Position numbers and translations under genes: made by a program
Assembly (NCBI GenBank): GCA_035084275.1
Contig: CM068757.1
Coordinates: 6,324,001-6,388,000, forward strand
DNA: 64,000 bases
Origin: Hydrolagus colliei
Lineage: Eukaryota
Direction of reading: 5' to 3'
Notes under the pieces: model-generated
Told to the model about the DNA's origin: nothing
What the model saw: the letters and a program-made list of their open reading frames with translations, nothing else
Databases searched by the model: none
Shown: piece by piece, positions 10,386 to 24,190 of the stretch
Layout of the letters: every line of letters begins with the position of its first letter
How positions within the stretch are numbered: the first letter of the stretch is position 1

Positions 10386-13300
10386 GTGATATCCATTAAA
10401 GTAAGGACAGAACTGGCCATTTCTGAAAATGCCAAGCAGCAGACAAAAACTCCCATAACTAACTTATTATTATTTATTCTCATTGGAAAATTGCTCTTTG
10501 GTACCTGGTCAGTATGTGTTTGAGATCTAGTTCACAGAAGCTATCTGACCACCTGCAGCAAGGAGCTGAGGTACTTTTCACGTGACAGAAAGATTGTGAG
10601 ATTTATTAGCCAACCTGAAATTGATGCTGTATCATTGCTTTATCTGTGGCTGGTTTAATGGCTCAATAACTATACTGTCCGAGGTCTTGATATGCAAATG
10701 TTGGAGTTACTGGACTAGAGCGAAGAACCAGTGGAGTTTGCAAATAAAAGCCTTTGTGTGACTTAATGTATTCTATATTTACAAGATGCAATAATTTTCT
10801 CCCTTGAAATTACGAAGATTACAAAGTAGAATTGGGAAAACAAATGCTGTCTGGAGTTGAGTTTACAATGAGTTGTAACACGCTATCGTGTTCAGCAGTA
10901 GTTTTATGTCTGGCACCAAATTTAAAGACAAGTCGTTACAACTTTTAAGCCTTTTGGACAGCAGATGTAATGTCTGCTGAGAAACCTTCACTGTGTCACT
11001 GTTGAAACCTTCATCTGGTTTACTGAAAGGTTTTGTAATGGTTGGTCTGGCGCCTTTTGCATATTGCTTTACCCAAAAGTAAATTGCCTTGTGTTGTAAT
11101 GCCCCTTGTAAAAGCCTTGATATTGGGTACAAATGAATGGTTGCAGTAATGCCTTTGTGCATTCACTGTCAATTGAACTTCTATGTCTACATAAATAGAT
11201 TGCAGCCTGCAGCCACATGTTTGGAAACACAGTATACTGTACAAGCATACTCTAAGGGTTACATAATATAACTGGGTATATGTTTCGCCATAAAGCAGCT
11301 TCCCCCATTTGTGGAAAAAGTCTATTCTGCAGTAATACCCATTACATTAATGAGGGCATTGGACAGCGGATGGCAGAGGGAGCATATAAATTGTGGTAAA
11401 TTGTAATTACCTCAATAGAGTCATGAATGTTTAACCTGCACCATTGTGACGAAAGTGTAGGGAAATGAGGAAACTTGCTGTCAGACCTCTGGATTCTGGG
11501 AACAGTCAATTTGCTCTTTGGTACACAGCTGGTTGAAGGGCGGAGCGGTGCACCAATGCTCTCAATTATCTGGGGGTTGACGTGGTTTCTAAACCCTCGA
11601 GGGGAAGGAGCAGGTAACAAGACTGCTGCCGCACACTAGAAAGTGGCAGGCTGAGCACCATTGGTGTCTGTCCTCTGCAGGGAATGTTTTGTGGAGTGGG
11701 GAGGTAGGAACAAAAAAAAGTGCCAATGTTTTTAACAGAGGGGATAGAACAATAACTGATGTCTGGATTGATGTATAGCTGTAAATTGATGCGTTTTAAG
11801 TCTGTAGAAAGATTTCTTGTGTCACTGTTTCGAATTTTACTTTGCTCAGGAATTGATTCTAAAGGGACGGCTGCAGATATGATGTAATTCAGTGTAAGAA
11901 ATGCCTTGCTTTAAGCCTAGTCATGCAGCTGTATTGTTAGAGCTGTGAACAGGCAGCTTTGCTGGTCTGGCACCTTCGAGGCCTTCAGCACCCTTTAGGT
12001 GTTTACTTAATGCCCTGGTATCATTCCCAGAGGCTTTGGAGGAAGCAAAACCTAGTCCTTTTGATCTTGAATATTGGTTTGTAATGAATGGTCCTTGTCT
12101 ATAGTCACCATGAGTAGCTTGTTTGTCTCTAATGATTCATATCGGATGATACGTGACTGATCTGGTAGTGAGTCGCAAGACGGTCATCAAAATGACATCT
12201 TAACCTTAGAATTTATCAAAATCCACTAAGTTCCAGAGTTGAGTAACTTTTAAATTCCTTGCCAAACATGAGCTGCTCCCCAATGGTCTGTTTCGAATGT
12301 ACTGTTTTACCAATATTTACTAAGCCTTGTGAGGTGGTCAAGTTCAGCAGCTAATCAAACCCTTACTGTTGCATTCAATCAAACTATGGTATATGGCAGG
12401 TTTATTGTTGAAAAGAGCCAGCCAATTCCACTTGAATACATTGATCAGATTTAGCCAGTGGAGGATCAGCTTACAGATGTTAATAATAGTTATTAATTTT
12501 GCATTTGATGTAGTGCCTTTCATGTTTGGAGATCCCTTCAAAGAGCTTTACAGGTTATGATTGCACATTTTGTGACGGAACACTGAAAATGATAACCAAT
12601 GAAAGAAAGACATTGCTTTAATAAACACTTTTGGAATTTGTTAGAAATTGTCCAGAAATACAGGAAATTGTCATGATTCAGAGATTGTGGCCATTCCAAA
12701 ATACTGAGTAGACGTCTGACTGAAGCAATGTTCAGAAGAGGCAGTCGGCTTCATGTCAAAGTGACTAGTTTCTGTATCCCACTGAACTTGTGGAGCTGGG
12801 TTAGTTTCAGACTTCCCTTCCACCCGCTACAGCGAACCTGATATTAGCTGAGATTACCTATTAAGGAAAAGTGTTTGTCCAAAAAAAATGCATCTGGCAG
12901 CATTGCAGAATGTTTTTCCTTACATAAACAAAAGGGAAAAAGTAGTGCATGCTGCCAGAAGGATTCTATTCCCCAAATTGCTGGTGTTGGTATGAACAAT
13001 TGGCAAATATCCCAGTCTGGGGCGTTGCACGATGGTGCGTAAATAAATAAAAAAAAGCTTGGCATTAATGTTGGTTAAATTTACTGTTGAGCTTTACTGT
13101 GGCTACTATTTCCCTAGGAAACCAGTTTAACTCCTAAACTGTATCATTGGGATAATACTTGTTGTCTTCCTTCATTTCCCTTCCAAGCCCAGAAAATGTG
13201 AATCTTTAACCTATTCACCCCATATCTGGCCAGGATCTGTGACAACCTGTGAAACGTTTGCTATAAAATTCTGTTTAAGGTCTCTCCTTTTTTTCCCCCC

Positions 13301-13438
13301 CCACATAAATTCTGAAATTATCAAATGGTTTCCTTCCTGTTTGAGTGTTCCTGAAACATTCATCTCCCAAGGCAGTGACAATTTTTTGTGTGCACATCTG
13401 GGAATCCCCTGTTTTCTTTATCCATTTGGATGCTTCCT

Positions 13439-13768
13439 GGAGTCCTGTAGCTCAGTGGTTAGAGCACTCGCCTTACAAGCATGAGACCTGTGTTTCTAAC
13501 CCAGGCAGGTCAGGGCGAAACCGTGGGCAAGTTTCCTTACTCCACACACACGCCTGATAATAATCCATCTAAAAATAAACCTATAATAAAATTCATAATT
13601 TCAATCCACGACTGTTTGTGGGATACTGCTGTGTGCAATTGGCTACCGCATTTCGCCCACAAATATACAATCAATTCACTTTACAGTATATTCTGTGAAG
13701 TGCTTTGAGATGTCTAGAAGACGTGAAAAGTGCTATATCAAATGCAAGGGTTATATTATTATTATTAA
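13439..13768 (+). mobile_element. Full-length tRNA-derived SINE (Deu-like body, L2-type tail)
   Basis: A box TAGCTCAGTGG, degenerate B box, TGTGGGATACTGCTGTGTGCAATTGGCT body, GCTATATCAAATGCAAG + (ATT)n tail. Confidence 0.9.
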
Positions 13769-15458
13769 GAAGAGCCAGATAAGTTGCCTACAAAAACAGT
13801 CACTATGTCTGACAGCAAGGTCGCATGCAGCACTCTGGGACGCTTTAATTTTTCTTACTTTGCTTGCCGAGGAAATGAAAGCAAAAATAATTTGATGTTA
13901 CTTTGTACTCTGAGACATTGTCCGGCGTGGAGAGCGCTGTATAAATCAAAGTTGTTGTTGTTGTTATTACAAACGTCACGAGTAAAGTGGCTATTACAGT
14001 TCAGGTTCTGTCCTTGTTCGTTAGTTAACCTCAGCTTTAAAAGCAGTCCCATTTCCTGACGTTCATGTTGCATTTGTGTTGCTAAGATGAACACCTGTTT
14101 TACTGTAATATACTTTTGGGTTGAGGAGTTTGCACTGAAAGGCCGACCAGCTGTTCCACCCACCCCATAACATTTGTAGCATTTACAATATTCTCCTTAA
14201 AAACGCAAATGTTGAATGAATTCCCATCGTGCTGGCCAAGCTTGACTAAGCAACTAGTGTTGCACTATTGACTCATGATGAATGTGGTGGACAGATGTCT
14301 TAAAAGCTTAACAGCTGAGCCCCGCCAATGAAAAGGATAAACCTTTTTTACATACCGTAACATGGGGAATGTGTTTGGAGAGGTAAAGAACAGACAGTAA
14401 ACTCTTGTGCGTAAAGGTCAATATAGCTGCACCTGGGTCTCTAAGATTCTTGCAGCTGGTCTGCATAGAACAGCCTGAACCCTACTGAAAGACTTGCAGG
14501 AACATGGAGTCATTCTGTATTTGGACGCTCAGCCACACTGAAAGGTTTTAAACCTACTGTAGACATTGTACTAAATTGCACCATTGGTGCCCTTGCTTCT
14601 TTTCTGTTCATCAGGCTCCTGGTTGAACCTGAATTGGAACAAAACATTTTCTGTTGTCCAGGTCTTGTAGATATGTTGTGATGGCTTTTGAATTTGAGGA
14701 TAATTTAGGATTAAGCAATTTACATTAAGTGTCATTGTCTCCTTTATGGACTCTGTTCCATTTACTTTTCTATTGTATATACTGGGCATAGTCTTAGCTA
14801 TTTGCAAAAATCTGAATTAGTTTGATAGTACTGTAGCTCACTTTATGTTGAAACAGATATGCTTTGTTTTCTCATTGAAGTTTCCCCCTAGCACTTCTGA
14901 AGCTGAGAGCATATTTTGGGCACAAACTCTGGCAAATCTATTTCATCAAAATTAGTTGGAGATTTTGCCCGATGTCCAACCCCTCGTCCCAGTGGCATGG
15001 CTAAAAGTGGGACATCACAAGTTGTATTCTATCCTAATGCCCAGTGGCAGAGCTCTAATGTGTTTGCCACTGAACTGTTTGCTTTTATCTCTGTAAAGCC
15101 TTACCAATAAGGTTAATGAATATTGTATGGGTATAGGAAAGGGCAGTCGGTGGATTTGATTAGTTATGTCAGCAAAGGGGCACCCACCTTGACTTATTTA
15201 ACTTGAACCACCGAGTACATTGTGGGAATTAAGTCTTTTTTTAATGTTGCTGCATGTTCCCATGCTCATTTGTTTTTCTTTTTAAGCTTCATTGTCTTGT
15301 ACAGCACTGGAGCATGTTGAATTCCCTCTGTGACATTTCTGTAAATGTTATAAATATTTGTGAGACCATAAAGCAAATGTTACACATTCAGTTCAATTGA
15401 AATCTGGCCAACCTCGTCCCACTCTGCTAATCTGCCTTTCATGTTTGTTTCCTCTCAG

Positions 15459-15619
15459 GAAGTCAAAGACTAAGCCAAATGGTAAAAAAACAGCAACAGA
15501 AGAGAAGAAATTGTACTTGGAGCCGGAATACACCAAAGCCCGAATTACAGACTTCAACTTCAAGGAACTGGTGACTTTACCGCGTGAAATTGACTTAAAT
15601 GAATGGCTGGCCAGCAATA
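15459..15619 (+). CDS. MOB2: MOB2 coding exon 2 (161 nt)
   Basis: Pyrimidine tract + cag acceptor; KSKTKPNGKKTATEEKKLYLEPEYTKARITDFNFKELVTLPREIDLNEWLASN; gtaagt donor. Confidence 0.97.
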
Positions 15620-16273
15620 GTAAGTTTCTGTTGTTCAACTAAGCAATTTACATACCTTGCTGCACAGTCATTTTGTATTTAATCAGATTTATAATGTTTA
15701 ATGGTTCCTACCAAAGCGTTGCATCCTGTGTGCAAGAGGAAGCCAAATCTTCCTGCGTGCAACAAGTCCTTTCAAATATTCCATAGTGTTCTAATAATTA
15801 TCATGGCACTGAAAACCCATCGTAAACTGATGTTATTATTAGGACATGCCTGTCTGACTGAATCCTTCTCTGTTCACCTCCTCTTCCGTATATACTATCC
15901 CTAACTGGCAGTTTTAAATGAATAGTTAACTATTGTGCAATGAAGGTCACCTGTAACTGAAAAGATTAGTCGGTTGTCTGTGTGAAACTGCATTTTACTG
16001 ATTTATTTTCACAATTACATTTAACTGGAGAATCCCTTCATCTGTCCTGTGCAGATTCCAAACAGATATATTTTACATTATCTGTTGTCCACAGAAGCCA
16101 ACCAAGATGATTTATATCAATTAGTTTCAATAATATAAACTTAATTAGATAAATCTTTATATAAATCTTTCACCCAGTCATTCCTACCATGTGGTTTGCA
16201 AAAGTTTTCCTTGGGTTCTGTACCTTGCAATAAACCACTTAACTTATTTTTGTTGTATTTCCTCCCACTTTAG

Positions 16274-16367
16274 CAACAACATTCTTCAATCACATAAACT
16301 TACAGTACAGCACCATCTCCGAGTTCTGCACTGGAGAAACATGTCAGACTATGACCGTGTGCAATAC
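16274..16367 (+). CDS. MOB2: MOB2 coding exon 3 (94 nt)
   Basis: tttag acceptor; TTTFFNHINLQYSTISEFCTGETCQTMTVCNT with the Mob1/phocein CxxxxC zinc ligands; gtaagt donor. Confidence 0.97.
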
Positions 16368-17810
16368 GTAAGTGCTTTCACAATAACCCTTAAATAACAG
16401 ATTACTGTTACTGTTGTGAAAACCTTTGAGCTATTCCTGAAACAAAATCCACAACCACAAACTCCTTTTTGCTAAGTTCTAAGATGTATGAAATGTGTGT
16501 GTCATCCTATCTCCGGATCACTTCTGCCTTGCTGGATACTTCTGAACTCATGAAAGGTGGGTGGGGTGGACTGCTGCATATGAAATAGAATTTTCCACTG
16601 TGTAGTGGCTGGTCAGATATTTCCACATACAACACATAATGTTGCTGTGGTGACCCATATATTGTATATTATTGATCTAATGCTGAACCAATTCAGTGAC
16701 ATTATTTATTTGACTTTCGACTTATGTCCTGAATAGTACATTTTGTTTTAAAAATGCCCTTTGATTTGCTCCTGTCCACCCATTCTTCCCTGCCTATAAG
16801 TCTTTAAGCGTGTGCTTTTATTTTGCATTTTGGAGAACAAACTGAATTGAACTAGATGTGGAAACTTATGTGCAATGGCTGATAATTCCATGCTGCCACC
16901 AAGTGAAATGATTCCTCGCAAATTGTTGGCCTGAAAAGGTTCTGTGCTTAGTGTAGCATGACGTGTGGGCACGAAGAAAGCTGTGGTTTTTGACGGGACT
17001 TGAGAAGGAAGTCAATCACATCACTTACAGCAATCCTTATCCTATTTTCTCGTTGTCTACTAGTCTGTACAACTTCCTTATTTCTTGTGGTCACAGCTGG
17101 TAGAGAGAGTGGAACTGATATAATCATAATTCAATCTCCACTACACCGCTCTTTTACAACAGTAGAATTTGTCTTGTGTCTTCACATGCTTCATGTTGCT
17201 GATGAATTGAAAGGTACCTCTGCAATAGTATTATTGACCAACAACAAAATGTTAGCAAAAAAAACAAACTAATGCAGTTGGTGGAATAAATTCTACCTCA
17301 TTACTTCTATTCTCGTATTTAATTACCTGTAGCCACCACCCCCACCCAACATTAACTATTCCTAGGTCTTTTTTTTTTAGCCTCTTCCCCCCCCCCCCCA
17401 CCCCAGCTCATCAAAGCATTTTAATCAGTATTTTCCTCTTCCCCGGGAGGGAATTGCTTAATCTTCACTTTCCGCTTCCTTTTGTGACCTCCTGTAAGTA
17501 CTTATTTATGCTGCCAAATGCTCATTAAATAAATTGACTTTGAGTAATAGTTACTATTGGGCTACCTCAGACTCTCTTGGCAAGTTTGCTTTCCCAAAAG
17601 CAACATGGTGAATTTTCTTCCATCGAATGCTTTTGCGATCAGTGGAGTTACTGAATTATAGCTGTGAGGCCCTCTATTTACAAAATAAAACATGGTACAA
17701 GAGGCACTAACTCATGTGTACAGGCGTTTAACATTGTAGTTTAACCAGTTGCTAACCTTGTGCAAATTTTAGTCTTAACATGGATTGTGTAATGCTGAAA
17801 CTTCCATATA

Positions 17811-18015
17811 CAGTAAAAGCCCGTTTATCCGGCGCCCTCGGGACCTGGCCAATGCCGGTTAAAGCGCGTGCTGGATATTTGGCCGAAAACAACAAAAATA
17901 ATTAAATGCATTTTTCTGGATAAATTCGGGTTAATTGAATGTGGCCTTTATTTTTGCAATGCCGGTTATACGGAAGTTACGGTTGATCGGGTGATGGATA
18001 AAAGGGCTTTTACTG
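17811..18015. mobile_element. 205-bp MITE, Tc1/mariner (Tigger/pogo-like)
   Basis: 20-bp TIRs CAGTAAAAGCCCGTTTATCC / GGATAAAAGGGCTTTTACTG (19/20 match), TA on both sides, no coding capacity. Confidence 0.92.
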
Positions 18016-21000
18016 TAGTTTGAACTTGAAAATGACTACTCATTTAAGCAGGAGAAATGTAATAGCCCACTTACCTGTTTGTTGTTTGAACATGGGACCA
18101 GGAAGTTCCCAGTTTGAATGGTGTTCATTTCTTGTATTTTCCACTCCGTCCAAAATTACTACTTAATAATTTGCAGAGCTTCCTGGAATAACTGAAAAGC
18201 AGAGAGATTGTTGCTGAAAACCTATGCCTGCTCAATTATGGTTCATGGTACATGTTTGGGCTCCTGGTTTGGCCCAGTTTCAGAGTGGGGAGGGGATCTT
18301 TGAAATGGTACTTCAGTCAGACCGCAGCTATAAAACATTGCTTGCTGTCTTAAATGTTGCCGAGTGCTTCTTCATGTTACTCTTCGAGTTTAAATTCAGA
18401 AACTCACATCTCAACATACCAAACTAGATCTAAAAGCTGAATATTCTGAGCAAAATAGGAGCTCAGTGCAGTCAATGATGCATTCCCAATAGATTGTGAT
18501 GATTAATTTCTCTTGCAACAACATACCAATCCTACCAATTTTTTGAAAAGCATGTCAAACAGATTGGGTTACATCTACAGGTAGAGGCTGGTACATGTTC
18601 AGGCTTTTGTGAAGCTTTTTTTATGTTGTGGTACAAAGGGAAGCTTTTGGCCCCAGGGTTATTGCACAAAGTGAATCAACACCTGGTGAGAGAGAAGGGT
18701 CCTAGCCAATTGTTGCATATTACAACATTAGTTAGATTTACTCAAGTGTTGACAGATGGAAGGGGAAAGTGAGTACTGTACATATCGACGTAGTCATCAG
18801 AAAATTCAGCAGAATACAATAATTTGAAGTTTGACGCCAATTTTACTGTAAAACAGAACTCTTAATCACTTCACTAGAATGTTAAGTAATGGCAATGCAC
18901 CTAAATGTCTCATAATTGAGTCACAATTTTTGAAATGAAGCCTGCGAATAAAACGCTGGCTTCATGTTTGACTTGGATTGGCAGGTTCAACTTGTGTTTA
19001 AGAGCTAAACTAGGTTTACCTCTAGCAGCCTGGCTTGAGAATCAGTGGAGCTTGATGGTGTTGGAAGCTGTTTGAGTTGAACTGATGGTCAAGGCTTGGA
19101 AATTCCTCAACTCCACCTCTAAACGACTGTGTTCCTGGTTCTCTTAAGATTCCAATACAACAACACCTTGGGATTGTTCAAGACCTTGCTGAAGCTGCTA
19201 CCTTAGGGGGAAAAAATAATTATGTCAGGAAAAAGTCATTTTTTAGCCGAATAATTCCATCCCCATCTTTGACCACCTCAGTATTCCACTTATTTTTCCA
19301 CACAGGGCTGCTGTTACATTTATTCACGGAAGATTTATTTTTGAGCCTTGCGCACAACTTTCTGTTTGGCTTCAATTCAAACTGGATTGATGTGCGCTTG
19401 TCAGAAGAACAATGATGTGGGCAGGTTTATGAAACCAATTGGAGAAACCCAATACCAACCTGTCAGCAGGATTTGTAGCAACAGACGAGGAGAGTATAAG
19501 TAGTCTCATCTAAAACAGATAAGAACCTTTCTACAAGTCTAATCCTGCCTAGAATGTGTAAAATCTTTGCATTTGACAAAGAAAAACATTTTCACACCAT
19601 TGAGAGGGATTGAGTGACCGCATTTAATTTTTTTTATTATTATACGGATTATTCATACCATCACCTAAAAGTTTGGATATGTGTTTGGTGATGATATTTC
19701 AGTGACCTTGGGTATAAAATAGGAAAGTTAGAGTCCAACTCATCTATGTAAGTTCTTGTGCAGATTGGTTACCCTTTGACTTGTAATAGCAGTGTCTATC
19801 TCAGCTGCATAGCCTGGAGCACACTGTCAGTGGTGCATACCCTGACGCCATTTCATGTTGATCAGATCCAGTCTCTCCTCTTCTCCTTCCCCGCCCCCAC
19901 CACCATCAGTTTTGTTGGTGAGGTGCTGCCAGCGACAGCAGATCCATGCTGCCTTTACACAGCCACATTCCTGAGCAGACGAGTCTAAGAAGAGTGGCAT
20001 TAATCAATGAGACTTTAAAGACTTGGGAATCTGCAGCTGCTCGAACTGCTTCCAAGAAGCAGGAACTTGTTTTTCAGCTTTGCCAGAGTTTACACTAGGT
20101 TGAAACTGTTATTGAAACACTGCAAAATGTGATAGCTTTAACATACTGCATTTATTTACCCCTGAATAAGAAGCCCTCCCCTAAGCTTTTAAAACCTAAC
20201 ACTCATTCTAATGGTTTTCAAGCTCCCAATTTTTATTTTGTCACCTCGTTGCAAAGATTTCAATCCCATACGACTGTGTTGTAGGGGACTGAGGTGATGC
20301 GCAACACCACATAGGGACATCACGTGGTTGATGTTGGCAGACAGACGTCTCTGAAAATGACCTCTTTGCCTACCTTTGATGCAGAATTCCACCAATTGTG
20401 GATTTCTTTACAGCTGTTTATTTAAGGGCCCCATAGTTTTTGCCAAATTTCACAAGATGCTACGTTTTTCCTGTGAGCATTCTCTGCTTGGGAATGTATT
20501 TTTGTAAGTTTGTGTTGTCTACAAATGCCTTTTTAGATCTTGCATCACAGTTCAGATGTCTTTCAGTATGACTAGCCAGGAATACCAGCGACTGGACAAG
20601 CGTGAGAGCAGACTGTGTGTTGCTCCCTTCATTCAGTCTCCAAATAATCTGGGTCATTAATGTCCGTTGCCTTCACTTTTGACCCAGTAGCTGAACAGTC
20701 TATTATTAAAGCATTCATTCTGAATTAGTCAACACCATTGCAAAAAACTATGAAGTAAAATGAGGCTCTTCCAGAAAATCAAAAGTCAAAAGTGATCCGA
20801 GTAAGGGCCAAAGTTATTCACATAGGTTCTCTTTCTCTCCGATGAAACTAAATTACTTCATGTTTTCTAACTTCCAGTTGTGGATTAGGAGTGTTCTTAA
20901 TTGCTCAAATAGACTGAATTCTTCTGAAAGATATTTAAACTATTTGAAGCGTGAGTTTTATTTGCGAATGTCTTTGCGGTTCTTTTATTGGAAACCCTTT

Positions 21001-21418
21001 GTCTGGATTGTGTCATCTAAATAGGTTTAGCACAGAGTTGTAGAGTTGTATTAAATATTACACTAGCCACTGAAATCAGCATTTCTCAACAGTGAAGTGC
21101 AATCTTTATTTCTTACTGGTTTTGCTCGTTAGCCCTGTCTGTGATCAGAAAAGAGAACCTGAGTAGTTTAACAAGAAGACGTAGCTTAAGGCTGAAGAGC
21201 CAAGCTTTGACTTTTTGTAGGTGTGAGTTTCTTGTCTGAACCTGCTGTTGCCTGTGGTTAAATATCTTCACCCTGATCACGGCGAGTCCACACTTGCAAA
21301 AGGAGGGACTGTAATCATCGAGGTGAAACTGATTCATACTCAGAAATTGCTGAGGAGAGGGAGCTAGCAATGCAATGCTTCTGCACAAAGTGAAATTAAG
21401 CTTATGATGTAATATGCT

Positions 21419-22186
21419 CAAACAAACAAACAAACAAAACTTACATTTATATAGCGCCTTTCACGTCGAGAGGACATCCCAAGGCGCTGTACAGTCAGGT
21501 AGGACAAGAGCAGGGTGGGAAGGATCAGGGCAGGATAAAGCATAGTAGGAAAAGTAACTGTATTAGTGGGCGAAACATGGCAGCCAAATTGCGCACAGCA
21601 GTGTCCCACAATCAGTCACGGAAGTAGGACTAGGGGCAAAAGGGGGTAAAGAAGCAAAAGGGGAGGGGTCGAGGCAGGGGGTAAAAAGGCAGGAAAGTCG
21701 ACTGTATATTTGTGGGCGAAACGCGGCAGCCAAATTGCGCACAGCAGTGTCCCCACAAACAATCGCGAAAATGGGGCCAGGGGAGAAAGGGGGAAAAGAG
21801 GGTAAGGGGGGAGAGGGAGGGAAAGGTGGGGTGGGTTAGGGTTAGGGAGGAAGAGGGGGGAGAAAGGGGGGCAAGGAAGAGAGGGAAAGATGGGAGGGGG
21901 CAAGATCAGGAAGAGGGAAGAGGGAGGGAAGGGGAAAAGGGAGGAGAGAAAGTGGGGAAAGGGAGTGAGGGAAGAAGAAGATGGGAGCAGGGGTGGGGGG
22001 GAATCAAACAACAATAATAAACAATAATAAACAACAAAAGCAATAATATTAACAACAGAAACAGCAACAAACAATAACCAACAATCGTCCAACAATCGTC
22101 CAGCAACCACTCCCTGTCCTCGCCGCCCGCCCGGACGATCCCTGAGATGGCGGGGAAAAAAAAAGGGCGCGGAAAAAATAGGAAAC
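21419..22186 (-). mobile_element. Atypical non-autonomous retroelement: GC-rich head, TTG-rich and pyrimidine-rich spacers, two Deu-like blocks, L2-type tail, (TTTG)n
   Basis: Deu-like block at about 21557-21620 and 21697-21780; tail TTACATTTATATAGCGCCTTTCACGTCG at 21441; no tRNA head seen. Confidence 0.7.
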
Positions 22187-24190
22187 TGATGGAACTCTGC
22201 TTACAGCTGTTCCAGGCCACAGAAAATTGATGCAAGTCAAAGTCCTCAGAACACATGGCATTTAACCAGTGAGGGACACTATCTGGCCACAGCTCATTTG
22301 ACATTTAGTCCCAATGCAAATTTCTTTCACACGTTGAGTGTACAGTGAAATGAAGCTGCATCATTTCAGTATTATTTTCTGCGAGTTGTAATAATGTATC
22401 GGAGTGCTATCATAGGCCAGATGAATGTGCTATCGAACTGTTCTGTCACTGAGATTCCAATTAGTCAACTGTATCATAGCCTGTGTTTTGAACCACACTC
22501 CTGTAGGAATTGAATCATAAAGTGTATAGAAGCCTTGTTTTTGAGTTGTGTGGTTATTGACTAGATTATTTTCTAAGAAGTCAGCAGATTTGGGAGTTGC
22601 TTTCACAGTTGTGCTGACACTATCCCATTAGCTTCGGGGGAAACATAGCACCTGCATACAATTGTTTACAAGCACTGATAAAGCTGACACCAATGCTCTT
22701 AGCTGACTTGCCATCGGCAAAACTGTTGTAAGGCAAATCTATCAACCTCGGCACGCATTCCCACCGCATTGTATTGTTCAACACACATTTCAGCTTTGCC
22801 TTTGGCAGCAGTGCCTCTGGCTGTGAGCTAAGTGGAGACCAACAGTAAGCAAAAGCTCCTTTGATTGTATTGAATTCATTTTACGTGTACGTGCATTGTC
22901 TACAGGATTCTGCACGAGAGACCAACAGTGTGTCTGTATGGCTCTGGTGAACAAGAGTAGCACCTGTTAGTCACTCGTCTTTGTCTCTCCCCTGACCAGT
23001 CCAGATTGCATACTGCGGTCGTTTTGCTAGAGTTCTTCCTCCATGCTACTGTAACAGTTCCATACTCTGCGCTCCTTCTGTTTCAGGCTTTATGTAGTTC
23101 CTACACGCATTTGGATGGCCCAGACTAATTGTATGCCCCCACCTACATTAATTGCCCATCCAGTGTTCATCTCTGTATTGCTTTATAATAAATAAATTAT
23201 ACATCACTATGTTTTTCGTGACAATTAACATTACAATGAGCAACGAGATGTTACTTGTGTTCATCTGTCCACAGTGGTGTCTTGTGCAGGGACCTGATCC
23301 TTCTCCTCCATCCTGTTTAGCAGCAATGCCATATTTCAAGTAATGACCTGTAGCTGTTTTGGGCAGTCGCTGCTGCTCTGTTTACCATTGCAAATGTATG
23401 TTTACTTATAATCCTAAAAAAGTGCTATTGAAGTGTCGGTTTGGACCAGATTCTTGTCTTTACTCGCAGAATCAAAGCTGCATTTTTCCAAGACATTTTG
23501 ACACCAGTCTGTATAAGAAGGCAAGCTTCAAATTCAAATTCAAATAGGCTGAGTGTGTTGCGTCTAACCTTGTACACCCTTATCAGCTACGTGGCACCAT
23601 GCTTTGATCCTGGGGTTAGTCTCTCACATTGTCTGGCTGCTCTGTCTCTCTGTCATCCAATCTCTGATTGAATTGCAGCTTTTCTCCTGTTGCCAGCGTT
23701 TGAATTGTCTCTTGTTCCCCAAACATATTGCCGTCCAACAAAGTAATAACTACATTTAAGGCATTGATAAAGTAAAATGGTAGTTTATTGATGAAATGCA
23801 AACAATTTTGTATTTCCCTCCACCCTTCCCCCTTGTACATCACTTCTAGTATTACTTAAGTATCACTTAAGACGCCGCCTGGTGTGGAGTGCTCTATATA
23901 AATGCAAGTTATTGTTAAGCTGAACACGAAAACATTGGTTTTATTTAAATATTATGTCACCAGATTAAAAATGCTTACATTTTTATTTACACTTGATTTG
24001 TTTGAAGAATCGCTGTTTGATCTCGGCAGTGGGGATGGGAGGGAGAATAAGTTTTTTTTTTGCATTGGCTAAACACAAGCCCTTCACCTGAAAATGGCTC
24101 TGGCGTACGGAGACGGGAGTTAGCGAAGTGTAGATTATCCAATGTGAATCAGATTCTAGAGAATTGTAACTTTTATTTCTCTCTCAACAG

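Noticed and set aside
22105-22155. HDV-like ribozyme suggested by TCCTCGC
   Set aside because: I could not build P1/P3 pairings or a J4/2 segment, and it is on the strand opposite the element.
21616-22304. ORFs of 164, 132 and 101 aa
   Set aside because: Products of low-complexity purine/pyrimidine spacers in a repeat; no domain features.
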